From Octopus vulgaris (taxonomy: Eukaryota), in assembly GCA_951406725.2 (NCBI GenBank), contig OX597821.1, forward strand, positions 10,354,001 through 10,418,000: a stretch of 64,000 bases of DNA, written 5' to 3'. The notes beneath the pieces are model-generated. The model was given only the letters and a program-made list of their open reading frames with translations, did not search any database and was not told where the DNA came from. The translations under genes and the position numbers were made by a program. Below are positions 14,108-29,921 of this stretch, piece by piece; within the stretch, counting starts at the first letter, position 1; the number at the start of each line of letters is the position of its first letter.

Positions 14108-14979
14108 CACGTATGTTTATATACGGGTAGGGCTAGGGGACCGTGTGTTGTGCGCGTGTGTGTACGCGTGTATGTGCGCATGTATGTATAAGGCATAGTT
14201 CAAAAGTATAGCGTATCATTTCCTTTTAGTGGAGCGTATCATATCCTTTTAGGATAAGTGCCCGTTGGGTTGCAACTGTAATAGAGACAACAGTATTTAT
14301 AAGGCAACATTCAAATCTATGCAGCTGAAAGTTGTTTCGACCCTAGTAATGCTTTCAGAGAAAATCTGATAAAAGCAAAAGAATCACAATCCATCTATCA
14401 GAAACGTTCAGAAAGAAAATGTAGCTTGAAAATTAGATCTGGATCTAAATATAAAATTTATGAGAAGCTGCATCAACTAGAGAATTGTTGAAAAATATTG
14501 GAATTATGTAAAATGAAGTATTCATCTAAAATTTTCCTAGCTGAAAAAAGGTAATCCAGAGAAACTCACTGAGATCATGAATATATTTGAATGTCAATAT
14601 GATTGTTTTACATGATTAGAATATTGCTCTCTCACACAAACAGAGTATTCATCCGGAGTATACACCAAGATTCTCTAAATCTAGATCTTTAAAATATCGT
14701 TCTGGTTTTCTTTCTTACTGTCTGTTTTTCTTTCTTTCGCTATATTTCCCTATATTTCCTCTCATTATTTGAACTGTAATAATTTAACTTATGTGTACAT
14801 CACCATTATCAAATAATATAGTTAAACTTCCTCTCTAAATAATAGTTTACAGTTAAACAATAATTGCACCTTCGCATATCGATTTACAAATCGACAGGGT
14901 ATATGTGGAGTTAGTATCATTTATAAGATCATCAGGTTTCTATTTCTCTTAATATATATACATATATACTTATACATAC

Positions 14980-16620
<1,641 letters not shown>

Positions 16621-16639
16621 AACTTAGCTTTGCAAGGTT

Positions 16640-17242
16640 TTGTGATGAACTTATAAACTTAGAAAACTTAGATATGTTTCGACCAAAGATTGGTGCAGGC
16701 CATATCTAATTTATAGCACCAACTGATAGGTTTATCTAAATCCTTTTTAAGTCAGGTTTTGTGGTATCATGGTCCACTCGAGTAGGGAGTCCTTGTTCTG
16801 TGGGTTGTATACAAGTATAGCTGGCTTATCTGGTATTCTTTGGAGAAATTTGCCCATATTCCGTTTAAAGGTGATGGGCTCCTTTTCCTTTTTGATCTGT
16901 TTTAGGACAATGTTAAATAGGCAGGACTTGTTGAGAAAAAGGATTTGTGTTACATTGTTTTGATGCGTTGTGATCCTGAATTCGGCAAGTGATGTATGGC
17001 CTGTGGTCCTAGCCTTGGATGAACTTTGAAATTAAAGTTGAGATCGTTTGGGCAATGCTGGCGGTATATTCTCCACAGTGTGCAAATGATGTATCGCTCG
17101 CGGCGGTATTGCAGAAAGTAGAGTTTGAATGTTTTTAGGTGGTCCAAGTAATCGAGATCAGTCATGTCCTTAATTCTCTTAGCGAATGCCCTCTGTGGTG
17201 ATTCAATTTTCGAGATGCTTTCTTTTGTGTGGAGAGACCAGA
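16640..17242 (-). pseudogene. LINE (L2/CR1 group) ORF2 C-terminus plus 3' UTR
   Basis: IWSLHTKESISKIESPQRAFAKRI...LQYRRERYII; then FKRNMGKFLQRIPDKP...DSLLEW; (ctaagttt)-like tail. Confidence 0.8.
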
Positions 17243-17599
17243 TGTATTTATGTATATGCGTATATAGACATACACCTATGCAAATAAATGCAAACATTAC
17301 TTGGATACCATAGACAGATTACTATGCTAATTTCAACGTTGGAAAAAACTTCACAAACCGATACTGTTAGTCAGGCGGACAATTGAGATGATTACCGCCA
17401 CAGCTGACTGATAGAATGTCACATGACAATCGGAGTAATAAATTGTAGAGATTATTTCAGTGTTAACATAAAATCTATCTATATATATATATATATATAC
17501 ATACATACATACATACATACATACATACATACATACATACATACATACATACATACATACGTGCGTACGTACATACATCCGAAGGTGCAACCGCTTATG

Positions 17600-18250
17600 G
17601 GATTAGCAGCTGTCCTAAAATGTCGTCACGCTTCCTACGCAGCACGATGTTGTTGCTAAAACAATTTACAATGACATCCGCAAAAATGACTGTCCTGAAA
17701 TAAACTTAGAAAATCCCTCTGTTGTGTAATACCTTTATAAACACCAACTCGAGGAATACTGGTAGAACATTCCCATCAAAATCTCTGTCAAATTTAAGCG
17801 TAAAAGGATGGATGTTGTTGTTTGAGACAGAGAGGCAAAAGTATGTGTCATTATACAGGTCAGCTGCACTGCAGATATAAAAAACCTCTTTGAAAATCAA
17901 AGAAAAAGAGGATATATATGGACAACTGCATCGAAACATCCAGCTTCTATATCCAGACTATGAATCAATTTTTATACCAATAACAATTAGGTCACTAGGG
18001 TTTGTTAGTAAATACTTAAATGAGAATCTCGATATACTGGGATTTTCAGAAAGAGAAATTAATCGGCTGATTTGTTCATTGCAAATCCATTCTGTGAGTG
18101 GAACTGTAAAAATATGCATGACTTTTCCAAATGTTCCAAATGTGAATTTGAATCTGTTAGCTACATCCCAAAGATGGAGACCTGTATCTTTGTTGAAAAC
18201 CGGCTTCCTCATCAGCTGAAGATTTATAATAATTAGAAAATTGAAGAAAC
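17600..18250 (+). pseudogene. RLE-type (R4/NeSL-like) retrotransposon C-terminal fragment and 3' UTR
   Basis: SSCPKMS; HDVVAKTIYNDI; EYW*NIPIK; VCVIIQVSC; KEKEDIY; IPITIRSLG. Confidence 0.75.
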
Positions 18251-18912
18251 ATACATAAATACATACATACACACGTACATACAAACATGCATACATGCAG
18301 GCTGATCACTAGAAAAGCGGACAATTTGAAGGCAAAACTAACAGGTATTAATGAGGTCATCAATAAATTGTGTGATGAATGGCTTCTGAATGGTTGTTTC
18401 TGTTATAGAATGAGTGCGTAATCATGACAAGCATACACGTGATTTGCTTCTGATTGAACCCCACAACATAGATGAAAACTATGGAAGGAAACATCTATTA
18501 GAATTTCAGAGACAAATTATTGTCCTTTTCAGTAGTGAAAATCTGACTTGTAAGCTGACTAAATGCTTAACTGTTACCGAAATTTTGTGACAAGCATTGT
18601 TTACTTCAAATCGATCTCGTGAAAATATAAATCGCTATTACTCGAATTTTTCGCTTTGCTAGCGATCACTCAGCACGTACATACATAATACGTACATACA
18701 TGCATGCATACATACATCAATACATACACGCCTACACATTTAAGGAGCGAAAAGAGAAACTAGGAGAGCTACTGACAATGCAGAAAGTTTCATAGATATC
18801 TAGTTAAAGCTTCTGTTGATATCACTACGTTTAGACATATCTGTGTCTTTCTTTAGGCATTTCATCTTTCTATTTCTATCTGCATGTGTCCGTCTTTGAA
18901 TATATATATATG

Positions 18913-19013
<101 letters not shown>

Positions 19014-19062
19014 AAACAAGTCAAAAATAGAAAATGCTAAAATAATTTTATAGTGAACATTT

Positions 19063-19100
19063 CAGTACCGCTTTCGGTCATTTTGAGACCTTTTCAACTG
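19063..19100 (-). ncRNA. Minimal hammerhead-like motif, U3-A8 core (stem III has one substitution)
   Basis: Minus strand: cag TTGAAAA ggtc-tcaaaat-gacc GAAA GCGG TA ctg. Confidence 0.7.
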
Positions 19101-19856
19101 TAACGATTAAATAATTAAATTTAGAAAAATTAGAAGAAAAGTTTTTTTAAAAGAATATTTCTATAGTAGTGTTCAGATTTAAGTGGCATTCTGCCTTTCT
19201 CTGACTCCCTTGTTTGCACTTGTGTGTTGAAGGTCGTTGTGAGTTCTTGGTCGGGTAGTAGAGGAAGAAGGCTGGTGAGGAAAGGGGGTGGGAGAATCTG
19301 GGAGTGCCCTGATGGTCGTATTTTGAATGGTCAGTGGCGGCTGGCAGTCTCAGTTCAATTCAGGAGAATATTTATATTGACAGGCTTGTTTATAGAATTA
19401 GCGTATGTGTTATACTAAAAAACATTAGTGACAATGTTAAGGGGTAGGGGTGGAGAAGTAGAAGAGGAAGAAGAAGAAGAAGAAGAAGAAGAAGAAGAAG
19501 AAGAAGAAGAAGAAGAAGGAGAAGGAGAAGATGACGATGATGGTGATGGTGGTGATGATTATGACGACGATGATGATGATAACGATGATGATGAAGAAGA
19601 AGAAGAAGAAGAAGAAGAAGGAGGAGAAGGAGAAGATGGTGGTGATGATGGTGGTGATGATGATGACGACGATGATGATGATAATGATGGTGATGAAGAA
19701 GAAGAGGAAGAAGAAGAAGAAGAAAAAAACAGAGAAGGGAGAATATGAATGGGTGTAAGTTTAGCTATGAAGGGGCTGATTAGTAATGGATTCTATGGAG
19801 TGTAATATTTGTGTGTGTATATATATTTTTTTCTTTTATTCTAAAGTTGAGGTAAA

Positions 19857-21056
19857 TTAATTGTTTGTCGTAGACCCGTTAAGAAGTGGCTTGTATTTTG
19901 TAATAAAGAGATTTTCTTTACTTATTCGTTGTCTCGAGGTTGTATCGTCCCTAAATTGGTAGAGGGGGAAAATTCTGAAGTTTGGTGTTTTTTTGTTGGC
20001 GCAAGTATCTATGTGTTGGCTAAAAGCTATTTTTCTGTTTTGGGGAATTTTTATCTGGGATCTGTGCAGGGCCATTCGTTTATGCAAACCATTTTTTGTT
20101 TGGCCTATGTACTGCTCTTGACACCCGGAGCAGGTTAGTGAGTATATTAGGTTCTCCGAAGCACATGTGAAGTTGCTTTTCACTGTAAACCGTTGTCCCT
20201 GTTTGAAGGAGAACTCTGATCCCTCAATTAGATAGTCGCATATCCCGCAATTGGGTCTTCCACATTTTTTTACTGTCGGCTTCTGTGTTGAAGAGTGAAT
20301 TCGGGCTTGTGTAAGGAGACTTTTCATGGATCTAGGCTGTCTTTTGCTTTTTATGATCGTGTGTGTTTGGAGGATTGTGTTCATTCTGTGGTCTTTTTTT
20401 AGGAGGGGTATGTTGTGGAGGATGGTGTCGAAGGCTTCGTTATTGAGAGGGTTGTGTGTGGAGATGTATGGTAAGGCTTTTGGTTGTAAGTTTTTCTTTG
20501 ATTTGGGATGTCTCAGTTCCTTGATGTTAAGTTGAAGGGCACGTTGAATGCACTTGTCAATAAGTGAAGGTGGATAGTTCCTGGTGATTAGGGTATATTT
20601 TAGTTCTTGTAGTCGTGTGTCTCTGGTGTTTGCGTTAGAGACTATAGTGCATATCCTTTTTGCTAGATTGAAGGGGATATTCATCCTGGTGTGTCTGGGG
20701 TGGCATGAATTGAATGGAAGATATTGCTTAGAGTCTGTAGGCTTATAGTATATGTCTGTTTCTATTATATTATTAGCTTTCTTAATGAGGATATCGAGGA
20801 AGGGGAGTTGTTGTTGGCTATATTCCATCGTGAATTGGATGTTTTCGTCCAGTCCGTTTAAAATTTTCTGGAATTCTATGAGTTCTTCTATATTTTTATG
20901 CCAAAGGATGAAACAGTCATCTAGATATCTCTTCCAGTTGTTTTCTATGTAGATGGAGAAAGGGGTGCCATATCTTTCTAGAACCTTACGATACAGACTG
21001 ATCTCTAGGTATCCTATGACTAGGTTGGCAAAGGAGGGGGCCATTCGTGTACCCAT
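19857..21056 (-). CDS. PLE RT (C-terminal half) + GIY-YIG endonuclease, 399 aa fragment
   Basis: MGTRMAPSFANL, RYLDD, PFLD, YYKPT, CGRPNCGIC linker, LIY...C..C...YIGQT. Confidence 0.92.
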   Translation of the reverse strand: MGTRMAPSFANLVIGYLEISLYRKVLERYGTPFSIYIENNWKRYLDDCFILWHKNIEELIEFQKILNGLDENIQFTMEYSQQQLPFLDILIKKANNIIETDIYYKPTDSKQYLPFNSCHPRHTRMNIPFNLAKRICTIVSNANTRDTRLQELKYTLITRNYPPSLIDKCIQRALQLNIKELRHPKSKKNLQPKALPYISTHNPLNNEAFDTILHNIPLLKKDHRMNTILQTHTIIKSKRQPRSMKSLLTQARIHSSTQKPTVKKCGRPNCGICDYLIEGSEFSFKQGQRFTVKSNFTCASENLIYSLTCSGCQEQYIGQTKNGLHKRMALHRSQIKIPQNRKIAFSQHIDTCANKKTPNFRIFPLYQFRDDTTSRQRISKENLFITKYKPLLNGSTTNN

Positions 21057-21065
21057 CGCAGTCCC

Positions 21066-22899
21066 ATCAGCAAAAAAGAATGGGCTGAGTTGAACAAATT
21101 AAAACTAGATAAAACAATAACAATCAAAGAGGCCGATAAAGGGAGTGCTGTTGTCTTAATGGATACGACATTTTACATAACTTTGGTACTTTCTATGCTG
21201 GAAGACACAACATACTATGAAAAGGCACAAAACGACAGTCAACAAAAAATAATGAGGGAACTAAAATCCATATTAAACCCATACAAAGCAGGGCTCACCG
21301 ACAAAGAATATGATTATATGACCAATTTCACAAGTAAAACTAGCCAATTCTACGGTATACCTAAGATCCACAAAAGTGAAAAAATAAGCAACGCATGCAA
21401 GATAGCTACAGACATAATAATTAAAGTCCCTAATCCTAATGACCTCAAATTGAGACCCATAATAGCAGGTCCCGCATGCGAAACCCACCGCCTCAGTAAC
21501 TTTTTAGACACCCTGTTAAAACCACTCCTCAAACATGTCAAAAGCTATATAAGGGACGACTTAGATATGCTCAATCACCTACCGAATAATATAAACAAAA
21601 ACACCATACTGGTATCCTTCGATGTAGTCAACCTCTACTCCAATATCCCCCACAACCTAGGACTAGAGGCAATCCAATTCTGGCTAGAGAATCACGCCAA
21701 CGAACTACCACACCGCATCAAAAAAGAATTTGTGATAGAAGGGGTTAAATTCATCCTGGAAAATAACTTCTTCGCCTTCAATGACAACTTCTACCGACAA
21801 AAATCGGGGACTGCGATGGGTACACGAATGGCCCCCTCCTTTGCCAACCTAGTCATAGGATACCTAGAGATCAGTCTGTATCGTAAGGTTCTAGAAAGAT
21901 ATGGCAGCCCTTTCTCCATCTACATAGAAAACAACTGGAAGAGATATCTAGATGACTGTTTCATCCTTTGGCATAAAAATATAGAAAAACTCATAGAATT
22001 CCAGAAAATTTTAAACGGACTGGACGAAAACATCCAATTCACGATGGAATATAGCCAACAACAACTCCCCTTCCTCGATATCCTCATTAAGAAAGCTAAT
22101 AATATAATAGAAACAGACATATATTATAAGCCTACAGACTCTAAGCAATATCTTCCATTCAATTCATGCCACCCCAGACACACCAGGATGAATATCCCCT
22201 TCAATCTAGCAAAAAGGATATGCACTATAGTCTCTAACGCAAACACCAGAGACACACGACTACAAGAACTAAAATATACCCTAATCACCAGGAACTATCC
22301 ACCTTCACTTATTGACAAGTGCATTCAACGTGCCCTTCAACTTAACATCAAGGAACTGAGACATCCCAAATCAAAGAAAAACTTACAACCAAAAGCCTTA
22401 CCATACATCTCCACACACAACCCTCTCAATAACGAAGCCTTCGACACCATCCTCCACAACATACCCCTCCTAAAAAAAGACCACAGAATGAACACAATCC
22501 TCCAAACACACACGATCATAAAAAGCAAAAGACAGCCTAGATCCATGAAAAGTCTCCTTACACAAGCCCGAATTCACTCTTCAACACAGAAGCCGACAGT
22601 AAAAAAATGTGGAAGACCCAATTGCGGGATATGCGACTATCTAATTGAGGGATCAGAGTTCTCCTTCAAACAGGGACAACGGTTTACAGTGAAAAGCAAC
22701 TTCACATGTGCTTCGGAGAACCTAATATACTCACTAACCTGCTCCGGGTGTCAAGAGCAGTACATAGGCCAAACAAAAAATGGTTTGCGTAAACGAATGG
22801 CCCTGCACAGATCCCAGATAAAAATTCCCCAAAACAGAAAAATAGCTTTTAGCCAACACATAGATACTTGCGCCAACAAAAAAACACCAAACTTCAGAA
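21066..22899 (+). CDS. PLE RT + GIY-YIG, inverted second copy (uninterrupted frame, both ends truncated)
   Basis: ISKKEWAELNKL, ADKG, FYGIPKIHK, RPII, SFDVVNLY, GTAMG, YLDD, YIGQT; stops at NFR where a foldback begins. Confidence 0.93.
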
Positions 22900-23161
22900 G
22901 GTAGATATATAGACAAAGATGTGGATTTAAATTTTAGGAACGTTTGAGGTCGTGGAGCTTATCAACTGACTGACTAAAATTCAGTGCTTCCTCTCAGAAC
23001 CTTACAGTAGTTTGGAGCAACTGAATTTCAGTCAGTTATTTGATAAGCTCCACTACCTCAAATGTTGCTAAAATTTAAATCCACATCTTTGTCTATATAT
23101 CTACCTTCTCTATAATGTTACCACTGCTGTAAAATGTGTGTAGAGATAACCCTAACAAGTA

Positions 23162-23165
<4 letters not shown>
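22896..23165. repeat. Foldback (about 95-bp arms, 22896-23109) plus short tail into (TA)n
   Basis: Outer 42 bp perfectly complementary; inner arms imperfect. Confidence 0.85.
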
Positions 23166-23216
<51 letters not shown>

Positions 23217-23223
23217 GATAGAT

Positions 23224-23275
<52 letters not shown>

Positions 23276-24559
23276 TATATAGATATAAACATACTTATAT
23301 GAAGTCATATATTAAACATCATTTTGTGTTATGCTCTGTGTGTTTGCGTGGGTTTGTGTGGTGCGAACGTGAGTGCGTGCATGTGTACGCGTGGAAATGC
23401 AAGGGTGCTCTATATTTCATATGCTATTTATTCTGAATTTATTAAAATTTCCCTCGTGAATCGAAAAATATCAAACATCAAACTTAATTCTACCAACGCC
23501 TAATATGAAATTAACTGTAATTTGTGAATAAAATTTTCATATGTTTTAATATTAGATGCTTAGAGACAGTTCAGAAGTGTTCCTTGTGACGAACACAATT
23601 ATAGCAGAACAGCCTAATTTTGATTTTATGAACTCTGAAAATTCCTTCTTTTCTGTAAACTGAATTCGACAAAATATTGTATAAAAAGTGATAATATATG
23701 AAATTAAAACGAAATGAATCTCATTAGCGAACTTGGAAAAAGAATTTATCGTGTGACTGAAATTCGTCTATTATTTGTCGCACGTTATATGACAATATGC
23801 AGTTTTCTGTTGTGGGCTACGCATTTTATTATCTGTGTTAGGCATCCAAGGTTTTTCATTAGTATCAAACGTTTTTATTCAAGTAGAATATTAAAATGAA
23901 TGAAACAATACGTCTCTGGGTTATAGACTATAAAACTTTCGAGAGTGAGATTATGACATTCAGAGGGATAGTTAACTATTATATCTATTCGGAATGTATA
24001 TTTCAGTGGTATATAATCGTCACTAACACCCGCATTATAATATTATATGCACCCTGTATATGAGAAAAAATGTTCTATTGTGCCTACGTAAGCAGTGGCT
24101 GTACAGGGCAATTAAAATTTCTTTACACATGTCAGCTTTAGTCCTATAGAGGTGGCTGATAATGAAGTTTTTCTAATATTCCTATTAAATGAAATAGTGG
24201 TTGATCCTTGTTGGAGCCCTTTGAATTTAATGCCAACTGCCTCAGAGATTATCCGTGATTAGAAAACAACAATGTAGCCTTCTGATATTTATATGAACGG
24301 TTCTGCGTTTGTATGCGTCTGAAATGTTGAACGCTTTTCTATGTTCATTTTCGAATATATAATCGCATTTATTCGTCATCACTTTAATGGGTCTTTTGAA
24401 TGGCATTTTGGAAAAAAGCATCACAACAATGCGACTAAGGTTGAAAAGGGAATAGAATTAAATACGGAAATAAAAAGAAAAAAAGCATAGCGTATTGTCA
24501 CCAATAACACTTTCCTAAGAAAGATGACAACTTTATAATTCCATTGTCTCTGTCTCTCA

Positions 24560-24592
<33 letters not shown>

Positions 24593-24887
24593 TCTCTGTC
24601 TCTTATTTCCTCTGTATTTCGCCCTCACAAAACATTTATGATTCTTAGTAATGTCTGCGCACTTGGCTTTCATCACTAAACGATGAAAAATGCCTGACCG
24701 TCTAAATAAGTCTGGCGAAAGAGAATTTCTTTAAAGGTACCATAATATATGCAGTAAAATCTTTACACACGTTCTTAGTTTGGAGTTTTGAAATCTCATT
24801 AGAGACGATAAGTGCAAGAGAGAATAAAATATAATGTGGTTACTTGTGCGGATTATATATAGTTTGTAATAGCAGAATTGACGATTA

Positions 24888-24983
<96 letters not shown>

Positions 24984-27513
24984 GTGAATGTGATGGTACG
25001 TTTTGTCACAGAAAATCTTTGCATGTATGTAGATGCACTGATTGAAATATCTGGACGTTGAGTGTATAAATAAAAATGGAGGTTGATGTAATTCACAGAC
25101 ATGTAGTTGTAAACAAACTTAAGTATACTGTCGTGAATTGAAGCATTTATGTGCATCGATAATGCAAAGGAAATATATTTCATGGAACACACACATATAT
25201 GTGTATATATATATATATATATTCTCAAGGAGATACATTGTGATGAATTCGCCAATAATAATTTCCACATTCTCGGTAAGTACTAAAATAAAATGTCGGT
25301 ATGGTTTGCTCTTAATTCTAATACGTGTGATAGATTGGCATGTCTACTTACTGTTAGATGTAACTTTGAGTGCATTGCTACATTAATACACATTATTAGA
25401 GTTCTACTGACAGATGGAAAGAATTAGCTATATATAGAATTTCCCATTCGACTCTATCAGAGATTGGAAACCTTTTTGCTGAAGTGTTCAGTCGTATGTC
25501 ATATGTAACTGAAGGAAGGCTGTAGGTTACTTGATATGTTTCCTTTGAAAAGGTAGTTTGTGTTTAATTACCGTATATTGGTAGATGTATTTTGCTATAT
25601 ATGTGCGGACTTATCTACTTACTGTGATACTAGTGATAAGTATTTCTGCTGCATATGTAATTGTGTAAAACACATTTGCTTCGTTACAAATGATAATTTC
25701 ATAAAATCCTGAAAATTCTAGGTAATTTTGCATAATGCACACCCATATGTCAACGTTTATTGTAGTTGCTAAATTACCGCAGGTGATTATTTCAAATCTT
25801 TCCTTCCTGGTGAGAACCAAAATATTCCTAAGGATACATTGAGGACCACATCATTCCTATTCTTCCATTGCATATGTAACGCTCTCTGCAAAGTTGTTAT
25901 CAATTATATTCGCTGAAAGTTTTGGCACTTCTTTATTTGCACTTCATAGTTGTATTTTAAAATGTCTTACTCTCATTTTTTGTTTATTTGCCATACGTTT
26001 GAACATACTGGATAATAACAATTTCAAATTACTTTTATAACGTGAAGTTAATTTTACAAATACATATTACAGACTTTTTATATAAGATGTAACGAATTTT
26101 AGCTGAGAAGTCACTTAGTTTCATTTTACTAAATACAATGTTGTATATAATAGGAGAAACAAAATTATATTTTGTACTGGGCCCAGAATAATCTCAATAG
26201 ACCCCCGATGAATATGGTATGGTCACATGTAGCATGATTTCTGTTATAGCTTTATATGACTTTGTAGTTTCTAGCAGTTACAAACACGTTCTTGGTCACT
26301 TTTACGAAGCAGATGATCCAGGATGTGAAAAATGCAGACTGGTAGCTACACTGGTCACGTTTTGGTTCCATAAATTCAGAATAATGACCCGAGCATCTGA
26401 ACATAGAAAGAACGATAATTTAAGCATTCATGTTACCTGTGTATGATACTTATCATAATTTGAAATCGTGTTAAGCACCTAAACAACGGTAACTTGCGCA
26501 TTCATAATGTCAATGTATGATAGCTAGCATAATTTGAAATCGTTTTGACTACATATTCATATATTGGGTTAGTGATAATTATCTTTAAATGACGTTCTAA
26601 CAGTCTGCCAAGCAAATGGGAAGCAGCAATTGAGGCAGATGATGAATATGCTCCGGAATAATCATTTAAATTATTGTTATTGTTTTTGTTGAATAAAATG
26701 TGTTGCAAAAAAGCCGCAATAATTATGTAACAACACAATATTTTTCGTTTACTAAAATTCGAAAAGCCATTGCAGACACTTATTGAATAAGAAATACATG
26801 GAGTTATATAAGCAACAAGGTGTTGACCAAACATTCTGAAGACTGGGTTCGGGTTCAAAATCCATCCACCGCCTGTGTTTGAAAATTTGCCGGTTTATAT
26901 CTCAGCAATTCAAAACAGAACAAAAAATGTTGTACATTTTATGGTCTGGAACTCGTCTTTAAATATCACGAGTTACATAGTGGGTTTCTCTACGAATTCT
27001 GTGGAACGATCACCATTAGTAACCTTTATAAGTGCATAAAGAATAATATTATAATGTTTGATCCTGCAGGAAATAATTGTTAAGGGAAGAATTTTGGTGA
27101 AAATCAATATTTGGTGATATCAGAGACTGCTTTATCATATAAAAGTTCTCGTCAACTTTAGACACAACATCAATACAATTACTTTCTCATTTAAAACCAT
27201 AAATGATTTTCTGAATCATTTAATGGAACTATAACTGCATTAATAGCTACAACAACATTGGAAATGTCATTTATATTTGAATGCATGTGTGTGTAATAAC
27301 CAAATGTATTAGTGTGCGACTGCATAGATATATATAAACAGACATACAGATAGAAAGAGATATATACACACACCCACGCGCACAAGCACACTCACTTACA
27401 GACATATGGATGGATGGATGTATGTGTGGGTCTCCGTGTGTTTCTATGCATGTCTTTAAGTATTTATAAAAATTCATACATTTAGGTATAAGCACACACA
27501 CACACAGACAGAT

Positions 27514-27592
<79 letters not shown>

Positions 27593-28392
27593 CACATATT
27601 ACATGATATATACATTTATAAATCTACACACACTGATGTTAATATGAGCATGACTATTTATATACATATATGCGCTTCGGTATATATGCACAAATATATA
27701 AAGCGGCACGTATAAATATTTATTTCGTGCCTATTAATGTAAATATTTTCTTAATAATCTAATCTCCCTTCAAATTAAACGAATTATCTGAAGGACATCT
27801 TCAAGTGGACAAAATTTTCATATAAGTGTGTTTTAAAACATAATGTGTTGATAGCGTCTACTGCACATCCCGTTAAATAATTAACTAATTATAAAATGCA
27901 TTGAAATAAGCTACATTGAAAAGTCAAGTATGTTGTACCCTCCAACTGTCATTCAGCTCCTTAAACGAAAGCCTAAATCTCTTTCAAAATGAAGTTTCAT
28001 ACGTGATGTTTAAATGTTGCTTCAGCCATGCTCATCAAAACTTTGCTTACTAATTGACAGAGCACGGCAATTTCTCATTAATATTATATTTCCTCTGTGT
28101 ATAGTTTGGTTCTTTAGTATTACTGCTTGACGAGTAACTGTTTCTTTATGTGTGTTAGCTGGTAAACCCCTCATTTCCCGTATAAATTTGTTGAGTGAGT
28201 GGTGATTAGAGAAGTAGAGCATACGATTTATATCAGAATGTGTTTTCAAATTAAATCACACCTATGCAGTAATACATCTTTATGAGTTACAGCTTCAGTA
28301 CAATACACAGAAGTACCTGTGTTCTTTATTATTAAATATACATTATAAAACTGTTGATGACAACAAAATTGCAGAGCTTCAAGCAAAGGCTA

Positions 28393-29921
28393 CAGTACCG
28401 TCCGAAATATTATTCAAACCCCTAGAAACTAACATTCTATTTTCGAGTCTTCGTTTGTAAAAGCTATTATATTGGTATTTCCTGTGTATCCTTTGTCTAC
28501 TTGTTGCTACGCACAAGTCCACATATTTATTGGCTAAACTTCATTTGCAAAATAATAGATATGGACTAAAGTGCTTTTGTTGCACATGTTCAGAATTATT
28601 CAAATCCCTGTTTTCACTTCCTATGAATATGCTAGTCTTTGTCATGTAGTTATTTCCAGGACTATAAAGTCCAAATAGGGTATAAATAGTGGAAAACTGT
28701 TCTGGTCATTCTCAGTTTCTGATCTTCATGGCCAAGTAGAAGGAGTTCAAGGAAGACCTACATGAAAGCTTTGTGCGCGCTCAAAGTGAAGAAAATGGGT
28801 ACAAGGCCATTTCAAGGTAGTATGATATCACTGTGGCAATCACTCAGGGCATAATCAACAAACGCAAGAGGTTCAACACTGTTAAAACCTCAGTGGGTGT
28901 GGTAGGAAGCGTGCCAGGAAAATCTGCTGACAGGGCGACAACAACTCCCGGACCACAACCGAGGCCTAATTGAAACGCTTGACTAGAGGGATGAAGATGT
29001 CACAGCCCACCGTTGAGTGACTCTTGCGCAGAACAGGCTCCATGGACGTAAGTCTCGGAAGACGCCGCTGCTCAGGAAGAAACACATGGAGGCTCACCTA
29101 GACTTTGTTATAGGTCATCTGAAGGAAGGTCGCAGCTTCTGGTCAACCATCTTACTGTCTGATGAGATGAAGTTGGAATTATTCGGCCATATGTATGCTG
29201 AATACATCTGGAGGAAGACATCCAATAACACTGTGCCCACCGTAAAGCATGCTGTTGGAAAAATTATGCTATGAGAATGTTTCTCCTCCGAAAAAAAAAG
29301 AGAACCTTTTCAAGATCCAAGGAATCATGAGGAAGGGGGATTACATCAGGATTCTTGATTAAAACGTGAAAGAATCCGCTGAGAAATCCCAACTAGGCCA
29401 CAAGTGGAAGTACTAGTAGAAAAATGATCCAAAACACACCGCCAAAGTAGTGAAGAAATGATTAAAAAACGATGATGTCAACGTTCTAGGGTGACCAATT
29501 CAGAGTCCTGACCTGAATCCGATCAAAAAATTGTGGCGAGACTTGAAGACGAGAATGATGGCCAAGCAAACAAGTGTGGGCCAACATCTCACAGTTGACA
29601 TTCAGGAAGATTGTAGATACGTACAAGAATCGTCTAGAGACAGTAATAAAAATCAAAGGCTATTATATTAACTATTAAAGAAAGATATTCCACTCAGTAA
29701 ACCTAAAGTATGAATAAGTTTAAATTTGGCACTTTTTGAAGATCCATGAATAAAATACCCTTGAAATGAAGAATTTCCTGAATTGTATATTGTGTTGTGC
29801 TTTCACCTGTTGGTCACATATACGTCATAAACAAACTTGACAAAATGCATTCATTTCATCATAAAAATAAAACAAAAATAATAAAAATTAACAAGAGTAT
29901 GAACAATTTTGAGGAAGACTG
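28393..29921 (+). mobile_element. Tc1/mariner DNA transposon, full-length fossil (IR/DR type)
   Basis: TA|cagtaccgtccgaaatattattcaaaccc ... gagtatgaacaattttgaggaagactg|TG; inner repeats at about 28591 and 29707; TATA box at 28681. Confidence 0.88.
28728..29678 (+). pseudogene. Tc1 DD34E-type transposase pseudogene
   Basis: MAK*KEFKEDL...GYKAIS...GRKR; RKTPLLRKKH; WSTILLSDEMKLELFG; PTVKH; NDPKHTAK; PIQSPDLNPIKKLW; KGYYINY*. Confidence 0.92.

Noticed and set aside
18165-18225. CTGATGAG on minus strand next to hairpins
   Set aside because: No GAAA after the stem and no closing stem I; antisense to the RLE element 3' UTR.
25770-25920. Possible minus-strand coding exon (ctttcAG...GTAATT)
   Set aside because: Stops in all three frames and no recognisable homology.
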